NCBI GenBank assembly: GCA_977017575.1
Contig: CDRNVI010000039.1
Coordinates: 682,001-746,000, forward strand
From: Paramoeba atlantica
Taxonomy: Eukaryota; Protista; Discosea
Direction of reading: 5' to 3'
DNA: 64,000 nucleotides
The translations under genes were made by a program, and so were the position numbers. This document shows positions 42,744-52,655 of this stretch, piece by piece; within the stretch, counting starts at the first letter, position 1, and every line of letters begins with the position of its first letter. The notes under the pieces were generated by a model. That model searched no databases. It had not been told where the DNA came from and saw only the letters and a list, made by a program, of their open reading frames with translations.

Positions 42744-45650
42744 TTATCCGGTGCGGCTGATAGGGTCCGCTGGGTTTTCGGCAGATCTCACATAACGTGC
42801 CATGATACATACGCCAAGGTTCTGATTTGTCTTCAACACACGCTTGAGCTCTCCGGCAATACTGTCGGATTTCGCGATCTTGCGGTTGAATGCTGCTTGG
42901 CAAGAGGTGTTGTCAATAAACAAATCAACACAGGTTCCTTTTTGAAAGTGGTGTGTCAGTTTTTCAAACGCAAGTCGAACGGCCATCGCCTCAGCGTGAC
43001 TCACTTCGTATTTGAACTCAGGTTGCCATTTATCGCCAACAATAATCACTTGTCCGTCGTCCCGGTAAAGAACCGCGCCCCATCCTTTAGCCGACGCATC
43101 CGTGTACAGTCGGTGTTTATGCGGGACAACGTCAGGATGCGGAGGTGGTGATATAGGCTCATTTACCAAAATGATATCACGCCAATTCGCGAGAATCGAT
43201 CGGGTGGCTGTCGGAAGAGGAACCGGTTGATGTGCGAGTTCGGGGCATCGGTTTAACTCATTGACACGTCGTCTAACAATCTTTAAGGGGAAATGATAGT
43301 CTGGTATAATATGACCCAAGACCGCTGCTGCATAGAGGAGGCGCCCCACCGCCGTCTCCAATTGAGAGTACGTAATATTACGAAACCGATCTCGTGACAT
43401 TTTCCGTATAACCCTAGGCCCCAGGTTGACCTTATGGGTTACGTGATTGTAGAAGACGCCGTTAAAAACATATTCAGTGGAGGGGTCAAAACCAGCCTCC
43501 TTGAACAAACCTCCCACTTCCTTACACCGTGAATCCACGAATTTCACAAATTTATCAGCTTGTTCTTGAGATCCTGCGAAACGAATCCCGTCTATATAGA
43601 CGTCCACAGATCCAATGCATGAAACTAGTTCGGGTTTGCATACCGCCAGATCGCCTGCTAGTGTAGCTGTAATCTTGTGCATAATTTCAGGGGCGCATCG
43701 GTGCCCCATTGGCATAACCTTCATCTGGTGTAAGACGCCATTTAGATCTCGAAAGCGAAATTTGGCACGAGCCTGGCGCGGAATTGGAACTTGATAAAAT
43801 CCACATCGGAGATCGCGCTTCACCCCCACTTCTTCGGCAGCCTTATGGAGATAACGAGAAGGATGCAACAAAGGCACGTCTGGCTTGTAGTCTTTTAATC
43901 GCAAGTTATCATCCTTGGTCCATGATATGAAACGGCGCCTATCGTTGCCTTCCTCGTCGGATTCGACTACCGTGAATGGAATTACGTATTGCAGCGTTGG
44001 GTACCGGCGTATGTCGTCCTCCTCCACTCTTTCTATCACTCCGGCTTCAAGTAAACCCGTGATGTCGGCATTTACAAGATTACCTTTTGTTGAAGGCTCT
44101 GGTTGGGCTCCTAGTCGTGTATTAAATAATTCACCTATTACCGTTTCAAGCCGGCGGCGCGCTTCAGGGGTCATCCAATTCTTTACTTTTTGTACATCCA
44201 TAACGGGTATTCCAACTTTAACGTGTAGGGGAAGGTCCATATCTTCGGTACGTGCAAGACGGGATGTACGGCGCGCGCAAATAATGCTGTATCGTCGAAC
44301 GTGCGGTATTTGATCAAAACAAAGATTTACATCCTCTTGAGTCATTGTATTGGGAGGAGAACCGAGGCTCGCTGAGTACCGAGGGCTTTCGCCGTCGTAA
44401 TAAGGTTGCCGTTGTATCGCAAGAGGGAGTTTATGCATTGATGCTTTGCTATGTTTTGAACGTCGGAGAGAGCGACGTGTCCGAGCGCCACCTCGCTGAA
44501 AAGGTGAGTTATCGCGCCGCGCTTCAGGGAATGTGTTCCAAATCCCGGACCTAGAATCCTCTGCATCTTTCGGTCCATCTCCCGAACCGTTGTACTCGCT
44601 ATGTGTTGGCCTTCCCTCATGAATTGGACGTAATTTGCAATCTCCTGAGTTCCTTCCCCTTGGATCGCTGTGCACATCGATAGCCGGTACGGGTTGAGAC
44701 GCGTCGATTTTGTATTCCTCCCCCAATAAATTATTACTTCGTTTGGTTGATGTCGCACAAATCGTTCCAGAGTCAGTTCGGCCACCTCTGTCCATCTGGC
44801 CGCAGCCTTCCAACAAATCAAGGCGGCTATCCCTTCTCTTAACGACAATTTTTCCCTGAGCCGGCGCAGCTGCCATGGAGTAATCGGTTCCATCTGACGA
44901 GTAGGCTCGAGAGCCCCCCTTGCTTGTAGGGCTTTCGCGAACATTTTGAGTGAAATTGGATCCTTTTGGCTTAGTTGAAACACCGTCTGGAGATTTCGGG
45001 TGTAGCTTAACAGTGTTGCTGGTGCGAGATCGAGTTGATTTAAGAAAAGGACGGCGTGTACTGGATCTCGCGGAAAACCGCTTTGTAGACAAAACTTTTC
45101 CAGTCTTTCCCAAAGTCGCGCCCTCGTTAGCCATGTAGCATTTGTCCACATTGGATTGATTGCGCTTTGAATCTGACGTGCGATAGGACTCAGAGGCGGT
45201 AGATTTAGAATTGTATATGTTAGTTTTTGCTGGACTGAGCGCAATTTTGTTTCCCTGGTGTTGTCTCCCGCGGGTCGTATTTCTTGAGGTTTTTTGGCTT
45301 GCGGTTGTAGGCGTTGGCGCTTGGCTTGAGGGATATTTGACTTTGTCATTAATTCCGCCACCGGATTCCGTGGCGAATGCAGTACCGTTCCGTGACATGC
45401 CGTGAAGGCACGCACCTTCCCTGCAGAGTGCAGTGATGAATTGCAGAATATACCTGGATAAATCACCCGCCGCTTCTTCAGCGGACAGGCACGAGCGATA
45501 TAAGGGGTGGGGAACCTGGCCTATTGGCTCCTCTTTGCACCTGTTGTGCCGCTCGTCACCCCGCCCCGAAAACCCGGGGTCGAACGAGTAGAAGATTGAT
45601 TTAATGGGCAGTTGGCGCGAAAGTGACCTGGCTTGTGGCATCGATAGCAA
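42744..45650 (-). CDS. RT/RNase H ORF of TATE-like copy 1 (N-terminal half overlaps YR and gag in other frames)
   Basis: LLEAGVIE, KRDLRCGFYQ, MPMG, YIDG, LYTDAS..GWG, HAEAMAV, IDNTS, NPADPISR. Confidence 0.93.
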   Translation of the reverse strand: MLSMPQARSLSRQLPIKSIFYSFDPGFSGRGDERHNRCKEEPIGQVPHPLYRSCLSAEEAAGDLSRYILQFITALCREGACLHGMSRNGTAFATESGGGINDKVKYPSSQAPTPTTASQKTSRNTTRGRQHQGNKIALSPAKTNIYNSKSTASESYRTSDSKRNQSNVDKCYMANEGATLGKTGKVLSTKRFSARSSTRRPFLKSTRSRTSNTVKLHPKSPDGVSTKPKGSNFTQNVRESPTSKGGSRAYSSDGTDYSMAAAPAQGKIVVKRRDSRLDLLEGCGQMDRGGRTDSGTICATSTKRSNNLLGEEYKIDASQPVPAIDVHSDPRGRNSGDCKLRPIHEGRPTHSEYNGSGDGPKDAEDSRSGIWNTFPEARRDNSPFQRGGARTRRSLRRSKHSKASMHKLPLAIQRQPYYDGESPRYSASLGSPPNTMTQEDVNLCFDQIPHVRRYSIICARRTSRLARTEDMDLPLHVKVGIPVMDVQKVKNWMTPEARRRLETVIGELFNTRLGAQPEPSTKGNLVNADITGLLEAGVIERVEEDDIRRYPTLQYVIPFTVVESDEEGNDRRRFISWTKDDNLRLKDYKPDVPLLHPSRYLHKAAEEVGVKRDLRCGFYQVPIPRQARAKFRFRDLNGVLHQMKVMPMGHRCAPEIMHKITATLAGDLAVCKPELVSCIGSVDVYIDGIRFAGSQEQADKFVKFVDSRCKEVGGLFKEAGFDPSTEYVFNGVFYNHVTHKVNLGPRVIRKMSRDRFRNITYSQLETAVGRLLYAAAVLGHIIPDYHFPLKIVRRRVNELNRCPELAHQPVPLPTATRSILANWRDIILVNEPISPPPHPDVVPHKHRLYTDASAKGWGAVLYRDDGQVIIVGDKWQPEFKYEVSHAEAMAVRLAFEKLTHHFQKGTCVDLFIDNTSCQAAFNRKIAKSDSIAGELKRVLKTNQNLGVCIMARYVRSAENPADPISRTG
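44342..45466 (-). CDS. Tyrosine recombinase of TATE-like copy 1
   Basis: CWKAAARWTEV, TK, HSLKRGA, AKHQ...LLRY. Confidence 0.9.
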   Translation of the reverse strand: MIYPGIFCNSSLHSAGKVRAFTACHGTVLHSPRNPVAELMTKSNIPQAKRQRLQPQAKKPQEIRPAGDNTRETKLRSVQQKLTYTILNLPPLSPIARQIQSAINPMWTNATWLTRARLWERLEKFCLQSGFPRDPVHAVLFLNQLDLAPATLLSYTRNLQTVFQLSQKDPISLKMFAKALQARGALEPTRQMEPITPWQLRRLREKLSLREGIAALICWKAAARWTEVAELTLERFVRHQPNEVIIYWGRNTKSTRLNPYRLSMCTAIQGEGTQEIANYVQFMREGQHIASTTVREMDRKMQRILGPGFGTHSLKRGAITHLFSEVALGHVALSDVQNIAKHQCINSLLRYNGNLITTAKALGTQRASVLLPIQ

Positions 45651-46561
45651 AGAAAGGCCGGGCGATTAGTGGCGATTTTTGAAACACTCATGTGGCGCAG
45701 CTTTTCCTCCGCAACTGCCTTCGAGTACGCATCCTTAGTGTCATCATCCTTGTGGAGTTTTAATTGTACACGTTCGACTTGAATTCCGGATGAGGCCCAA
45801 TAGTGGTTTCGCAGTTCTTCGATGGCTGTGCGTACGATTTCGAGAAAATGTTCCTCTCGCCATAGGGGAAAAACTCGTGCCGCTTGGATCCACTCTTGGA
45901 CTATTTTAAATAGACGTTCACGGATAGGAGGAGCGTTCAGTAACAAACCAAATTCAGGATGGACGCGTAAATCACGGATAAGGTCTCGTACGCGTAACTC
46001 ATCCTCGGATTCTAGCCACGGGCCCCATGTTAGAGGATCGTTTGCGGTGAAACGAGCCGGATCGGTGATAGGCGCATTAGGAGTCTTAGGTTCTTCGTCC
46101 GCTTTGCGCCCTCCAGGCATTTTTGCTCGCACCCGGGTAATTTCCAACGAATAATATTCGATGTCTGGAAAAGGAAAGTCGTATGCCATGCCGGGATCAT
46201 CGTTCCAAACGGCTTCCATGCCTCCTGAATCGTCGGATTTCAGACGAACGTTGCCAATCACAGTTTCGCGCACTGCATCCCCATGGTGACCCCACACGGC
46301 TTCTACAGACACATCGTAACCCTTAAGGATCAAAGTCCGGACTTTTTGCGCGAATTCCGCCTTATCCTCGTCAGACATCGCTGCAGAGCCTGTTCCCCCC
46401 CGAAGCAAAGCCGCCACTTGCTCCGGGTTCAGCGTCGTACGTTGTCCCCCGTATTGCAGACTCGGATCGACAGGGTTGGGAGATGCCGGATCTTCTCGTA
46501 TAGGACTCTGTGGCCTCCCCATCGACAGCGTGCGACGAACAGTATTAAGAATGCTGGTCAT
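45521..46561 (-). CDS. Gag-like protein of TATE-like copy 1
   Basis: C-terminal CCHC knuckle CYRCHKPGHFRANC. Confidence 0.88.
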   Translation of the reverse strand: MTSILNTVRRTLSMGRPQSPIREDPASPNPVDPSLQYGGQRTTLNPEQVAALLRGGTGSAAMSDEDKAEFAQKVRTLILKGYDVSVEAVWGHHGDAVRETVIGNVRLKSDDSGGMEAVWNDDPGMAYDFPFPDIEYYSLEITRVRAKMPGGRKADEEPKTPNAPITDPARFTANDPLTWGPWLESEDELRVRDLIRDLRVHPEFGLLLNAPPIRERLFKIVQEWIQAARVFPLWREEHFLEIVRTAIEELRNHYWASSGIQVERVQLKLHKDDDTKDAYSKAVAEEKLRHMSVSKIATNRPAFLCYRCHKPGHFRANCPLNQSSTRSTPGFRGGVTSGTTGAKRSQ

Positions 46562-46596
46562 AACGCAATTTGAAAAGGGTAAAAGAAGGAGTGTCG

Positions 46597-46637
46597 CAAC
46601 AAGGTACAGAAACTGTATCTTTATCGTTAATCTTTAT
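46597..46637 (-). other. Near-complete spliced-leader exon copy at the gag trans-splice acceptor
   Basis: ATAAAGAT-TAACGATAAAGATACAGTTTCTGTACCTTGTTG|CGACAC; the sister copy has ...GTGTATAG|CGACAC at the same point. Confidence 0.9.
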
Positions 46638-47215
46638 CGCAATTTGAAAAGGGTAAAAGAAGGAGTGTCGCTATACACAAAAACAATATATATTACTTCA
46701 TCCCGAGTACTACTAAATTATAAATTTCATTACATCTAACAACGGGTGCCCCTTTCGGGGCCACAATCTGTAAAAACAAATCATAATATAAATATTATGT
46801 GCCCCGAAGGGCCATTATGTCAATCATCCTAAATTTCTAAACGTATACTTCTAAAAAGCGTAACTAGTTGGGCGAGAGCCTTCAAAACACTGAAAAATAG
46901 AACTGTTGCTCGGCTCATTATTAATGCCAAGGAAGCGAGTCGACTTGTTAACGAACCTCCGCACATCGAACTTCCTTCCCCAGAGGACATAAGGAAAGAA
47001 CTTTTATGCCTCTTTGTTATGTGACAGGAGACCTTCGTCATTGGTTTTATCAACTTCCCATTTGCGATAGAAATCCACGCCGAGGGGGCTCCATGAAACA
47101 TATAGGTAACAAACAAATATAAGTAAATACCTATGACTAATATAATCACACTTCCAAATCGTCCCAAAATCAAAGAACACATAATACGATATATAGATAG
47201 AATTCACACGCATAA

Positions 47216-47235
47216 ACAGTTTCTGTACCTTGTTG
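47216..47235 (+). other. Spliced-leader 3' fragment fused to a copy of the retroelement RNase H region (47236-47429 matches about 39720-39920)
   Basis: ACAGTTTCTGTACCTTGTTG|CCCCATAAC. Confidence 0.8.
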
Positions 47236-47743
47236 CCCCATAACAACTTGCTTCATATATATTGTGATGGTTCAGTGAGAAAGCTTTCGAACAGTATATT
47301 CGCAGGGGCATGTGCCTTCGAAGGAAACGAGATTCTAGCGACTAACGACAAAACGTTGGACTCTATTAACGCAACACCAATACGAGCAGAGCTTTCAGCT
47401 TTCTTATTGGCATTATCAACTGGTCAAGAGGACCTCATTGTTCTAGGGAGGTAACATCTCCTCGGAGATATGATGCCTAGGGTACTTTGTTGACTTTATA
47501 TATACCAGATTACTGATATGCTGCAGGGAGGAGAGCAGATGCGAATTTCACGAGGTAATATCAGAAAGCTGGCTATGGAATACACGGGAGTACTCGGACG
47601 GGTTGTGGCCGAGAGTCAGGTTGGCGACACTATCGCTGTTTTATGGTCCTCAGACAAAGTATTTTCAAAGCAAATCATATATACTTAGCCCTCATCTAAA
47701 ATGACATATCCCTCCGCAAGCCAACGTTCGTGTTTTCAAACTG

Positions 47744-49042
47744 ATGTGGGACGCCAGCGTGCAACAAGATACGGCCCATACCACACAAACTGTCAAATGC
47801 CGACACACAGAAGACGATTTGAACCTGGAGCCAATGCCAACTCTGCGCACAGTTGCACCGGAGTTTATCCCTTGCGTGATCGCAATCTATAGAGATATAG
47901 TACGTGACTATGCCGATAGCGCGTATCCCCAACGCCACCGAATTTGGCACAAGCTCTTTTCCGCCATGAAATACTCGTTAACCACGATTCGTAAAGTCAC
48001 TGTCAAGCGACGTCGACGACGCCCCCTACAATCCATGGAGTCACAAACGCCATTTCTAGACAATATTTACAAAGATTCATCCCTCAGTGCTGATGAGAAG
48101 TCGAACAAGCTTAGCGACCTTCACCCCAAAGGTCCCTTACCACAAAACATCGATGGAGACTTCCCTCGAATCGGGGTAGTTGATCAATCGGAGGTGCGTC
48201 AAGCGACGGCGAGGCTATCAAAAGGAGCATCGCCAGGGCCCACAGGATTCAGTGAAAACATGATGAGACTTCTGGTAGAGGATGAGGAATCGTGTCTCGC
48301 ACTCTGTCACATGTTCCGCGACGTCATCAACGGAGATCTCGCAGAAAACGTTCGTCAACGCCTAACTCGCTGCAGGATCATCGCGTTAGCAAAACCTCAA
48401 AACGGGATACGACCAGTGGCAATGGGAGACACTATCCTCAAGATCTGCGGAACGATTCTTTTAATGCGACACAACAATACAGTGGAGAAATTTTGCCAGT
48501 CAGTGCAGCGAGGTATTCTTCAACGGAATGCGTGTGAATCAATAGTTCATGAGCTTTTGGACGAACACGACACCGGCTACACGATTCTCACAGTGGATTT
48601 TAAGAATGCCTACAAAACACCGCATCGTACCGCAATTGCTCAAGCCCTACTACAACAGCCTTCGATCTTCAAACCTTTCATGAGAATGTTTTACCTAGAA
48701 TACGGCAAGCCTTCAGATCTCCTTTTCTTCGCAAACAATTCGTTACACTCCGTGATTGAAAGTTCATGTGGGTTCAGACAAGGGTCCGCCCTATCCTCGC
48801 TCTACTTTTGTGCGTTACTGCAGGGTCCTTTGAAGGAAATCGCCAGTCTTTACCCGGAAGTCAAGATAAGAGCATATCAGGACGACGTGACAATGAGTTC
48901 AACAAATACGACATCCCTAGAAGCAGTATTCCTCCATTTGCGAGAATCAACTCAGGATTTGAACCTAGAAATCAATTTCAACAAGTGCGAATGGTTCAAA
49001 TCTTCAAAGAAACAAGAATTTGAATTGCTCATCAGAATATAA
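47744..49042 (+). mobile_element. CRE-clade RT fragment, same family as the 60253-64000 element, truncated after the last RT motifs
   Basis: ASPGPTG, RIIALAKPQNGIRPVAMGD, VDFKNAY, GFRQGSALS, AYQDDVT. Confidence 0.9.
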
Positions 49043-49132
49043 TTTTAATAAACAAATAATTAATTTGTAATCACTAAATATAATTTATCAAATACGAGGC
49101 ACCCAAATACCTGTGTTTTGAACGTTACTATA

Positions 49133-49326
49133 AATCCAGGCTAAAGTGGACGAGGGAGATACTAAAGGCACCTTTGGAAAACCACCACAAAAATGCAACA
49201 GTATCTCCCGTTAAAGATTCTTTTGTCCCATCCGAATCCTTTACAAATCGGGAGATACCATTCCAGTTTCGAGGTAGTTTTCCAAAGGTGTCTTTAGTAT
49301 CTCCCTCGTCCACTTTAGCCTGGATT
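49133..49326. mobile_element. 194-bp fold-back element with about 55-bp near-perfect arms
   Basis: AATCCAGGCTAAAGTGGACGAGGGAGATACTAAAGGCACCTTTGGAAAAC ... inverted copy ending CCTGGATT; target duplication unclear. Confidence 0.8.
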
Positions 49327-49399
49327 ACATAGCCATCCGGACATGCTCCCTATGGCGCTTTACAGCTTCCCATGCGAGGAAGTCGTATGGCTCCGCCTT

Positions 49400-50050
49400 C
49401 TGCCTTTTTCCCTTGCGCCTCCTCCTTCCTCTAAGGCCTTGCGTGTCACACACTTCCAGGTAAATTTTGGACTATGTAGGTTGTATCGGAACAGGGTGGA
49501 GAAATATCGAATGAAGCCAAAGCGTATACACGTATATCAGGCCCCAAACTCTCAAAAAACGGTCTAGGAGTTGATTTGGGAAAAAAATATTTTTTCGCTT
49601 TCACCCATAAATTTTTGGTTTTTTTTTTGAAAATTTCAAAAATTGCTATGATCACCTTGGTGGGGGGGGGCAGGGGTACCCATCGGAATTGTTGAAAAAC
49701 TAGTGATCTCGTCACTCAATTCGATTCATACGTCTGCATTTTTTCCTTGCGCCTCCTCCTTCCTCATCGGCCTTGCGTGTCACACACTTCCGGGTAAATT
49801 TTGTACTATGTAGGTGTATTATCGGCACAGGGTGGAGAAATATCGAATGAAATCAAAGGATATACAGGTATAGAAGGCTCCAAACTCTCAAAAAACGGTC
49901 TAGGAGTTGATTTTGGAAAAATATTTGTTTTCACTTTCACCCACAAATTTTTAGTTTTTTTTTGCAAAATTTCAAAAATTCCTATGATCACCAGGGTGGG
50001 GAGGGGGGGGCAGGGGGTACCCATCGGAATTGTTGAAAAACTAGTAATCT
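49400..50050. repeat. Two diverged direct copies of an about 345-bp unit
   Basis: CTTGCGCCTCCTCCTTCCTC...GCGTGTCACACACTTCC...GGGGTACCCATCGGAATTGTTGAAAAACTAGT occurs twice. Confidence 0.85.
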
Positions 50051-50154
50051 TGTCACCCTTGTTGACCCTTTCTTTTGTTGTTTTTTTTAAGTTTTTAAAC
50101 CTGATGTCTGCCGGGGGCACGCGCCCCATCATTCGAAAGAGGAGAAAGGCTCCC

Positions 50155-51170
50155 GGAAAGCTACGGGAAACGTGCCATGAGGACTTGTCTGCGCGAAGCG
50201 TGTCGTTGTCTTATCCGCAGGTTGTGATTTCTGGCCTCGAGCGCCCAAACCTCCTTTCAGCTCGGCTGGGTTTCGTCAACTTCCGGATGAGCAATCTTCG
50301 CGCTCACGGAAAGCTACGGGAAACGTGCCATGAGGACTTGTCTGCGCGAAGCGTGTTGGTGTCTTATCCGCAGGTTGTGATTTCTGGCCTCGAGCGCCCA
50401 AACCTCCTTTCAGCTCGGCTGGGTTTCGTCAACTTCCGGATGAGCAATCTTCGCGCTCACGGAAAGCCACGGGAAACGTGCCATGAGGACTTGTCTGCGC
50501 GAAGCGTGTTGGTTTCTTATCCGCAGGTTGTGATTTCTGGCCTCGAGCGCCCAAACCTCCTTTCAGCTCGGCTGGGTTTCGTCAACTTCCGGATGAGTAA
50601 TCTTCGCGCTCACGGAAATCTACGGGAAACGTGCCATGAGGACTTGTCTGCGCGAAGCGTGTTGGTGTCTTATCCGCAGGTTGTGATTTCTGGCCTCGAG
50701 CGCCCAAACCTCCTTTCAGCTCGGTTGGGTTTCGGCAACTTCCGGATCAGTAATCTTCGCGCTCACGGAAAGCTACGGGAAACGTGCCATGAGGACTTGT
50801 CTGCGCGAAGCGTGTTGGTGTCTTATCCGCAGGTTGTGATTTCTGGCCTCGAGCGCCCAAACCTCCTTTCAGCTCGGCTGGGTTTCGTCAACTTCCGGAT
50901 GAGCAATCTTCGCGCTCACGGAAAGCTACGGGAAACGTGCCATGAGGATTTGTCTGCGCGAAGCGTGTTGGTTTCTTATCCGCAGGTTGTGATTTCTGGC
51001 CTCGAGCGCCCAAACCTCCTTTCAGCTCGGCTTGGTTTCGTCAACTTCCGGATGAGTAATCTTCGCGCTCACGGAAAGCTACGGGAAACGTGCCATGAGG
51101 ACTTGTCTGCGCGAAGCGTGTTGGTGTCTTATCCGCAGGTTGTGATTTCTTGCCTCGAGCGCCCAAACCT
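50155..51170. repeat. 153-bp satellite, about 6.6 copies
   Basis: Unit starts at 50155, 50308, 50461, 50614, 50767, 50920 and 51073; joins the 18-mer array through a shared ACCT. Confidence 0.95.
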
Positions 51171-52655
51171 TTCCTTATTGTAAGACCTTTCCTTATTGTA
51201 AGACCTTTCCTTATTGTAAGACCTTTCCTTATTGTAAGACCTTTCCTTATTGTAAGACCTTTCCTTATTGTAAGACCTTTCCTTATTGTAAGACCTTTCC
51301 TTATTGTAAGACCTTTCCTTATTGTAAGACCTTTCCTTATTGTAAGACCTTTCCTTATTGTAAGACCTTTCCTTATTGTAAGACCTTTCCTTATTGTAAG
51401 ACCTTTCTTTATTGTAAGACCTTTCCTTATTGTAAGACCTTTCCTTATTGTAAGACCTTTCCTTATTGTAAGACCTTTCTTTATTGTAAGACCTTTCCTT
51501 ATTGTAAGACCTTTCCTTATTGTAAGACCTTTCCTTATTGTAAGACCTTTCCTTATTGTAAGACCTTTCCTTATTGTAAGACCTTTCCTTATTGTAAGAC
51601 CTTTCCTTATTGTAAGACCTTTCCTTATTGTAAGACCTTTCCTTATTGTAAGACCTTTCCTTATTGTAAGACCTTTCCTTATTGTAAGACCTTTCCTTAT
51701 TGTAAGACCTTTCCTTATTGTAAGACCTTTCCTTATTGTAAGACCTTTCCTTATTGTAAGACCTTTCCTTATTGTAAGACCTTTCCTTATTGTAAGACCT
51801 TTCCTTATTGTAAGACCTTTCCTTATTGTAAGACCTTTCCTTATTGTAAGACCTTTCCTTATTGTAAGACCTTTCCTTATTGTAAGACCTTTCCTTATTG
51901 TAAGACCTTTCCTTATTGTAAGACCTTTCCTTATTGTCAGACCTTTCCTTATTGTAAGACCTTTCCTTATTGTAAGACCTTTCCTTATTGTAAGACCTTT
52001 CCTTATTGTAAGACCTTTCCTTATTGTAAGACCTTTCCTTATTGTAAGACCTTTCCTTATTGTAAGACCTTTCCTTATTGTAAGACCTTTCCTTATTGTA
52101 AGACCTTTCCTTATTGTAAGACCTTTCCTTATTGTAAGACCTTTCCTTATTGTAAGACCTTTCCTTATTGTAAGACCTTTCCTTAGTGTAAGACCTTTCC
52201 TTAGTGTAAGACCTTTCCTTATTGTAAGACCTTTCCTTAGTGTAAGACCTTTCCTTATTGTAAGACCTTTCCTTATTGTAAGACCTTTCCTTATTGTAAG
52301 ACCTTTCCTTATTGTAAGACCTTTCCTTATTGTAAGACCCTTCCTTATTGTAAGACCTTTCCTTATTGTAAGACCTTTCCTTATTGTAAGACCTTTCCTT
52401 ATTGTAAGACCTTTCCTTATTGTAAGACCTTTCCTTATTGTAAGACCTTTCCTTATTGTAAGACCTTTCCTTATTGTAAGACCTTTCCTTATTGTAAGAC
52501 CTTTCCTTATTGTAAGACCTTTCCTTATTGTAAGACCTTTCCTTATTGTTAGACGTTTCCTTATTGTAAGGCCTTTCCTTATTGTAAGACCTTTCCTTAT
52601 TGTAAGACCTTTCCTTATTGTAAGACCTTTCCTTATTGTAAGACCTTTCCTTATT
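51167..52655. repeat. 18-bp tandem array (CTTTCCTTATTGTAAGAC)n, about 83 units
   Basis: Near-perfect repeat with rare single-base variants. Confidence 0.98.

Larger units (their letters stand above)
42261..46853 (-). mobile_element. TATE-like YR retrotransposon copy 1 (A - SL - gag - YR - RT/RH - B), all ORFs intact, no target duplication
   Basis: Ends GAAATC.../...CTTCTA match copy 2; removing it restores the host RT reading frame. Confidence 0.95.
40453..47090 (+). mobile_element. Decayed VIPER-like YR retrotransposon (gag knuckles, YR, RT), interrupted by the 42261-46853 element
   Basis: CSNCNRLGHVAREC at 40471; YR 40746-41687; RT 41892-42260 resumes in frame at 46854 (DIDR|KSVTSWARAF...RLIINA), then TGDLRHWFYQ after a frameshift. 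Confidence 0.88.

Noticed and set aside
49801-51183. 460-aa ORF with 51-aa repeats
   Set aside because: Read-through of the 153-bp satellite; no start context or domain, and open frames are expected when the unit length is a multiple of three.
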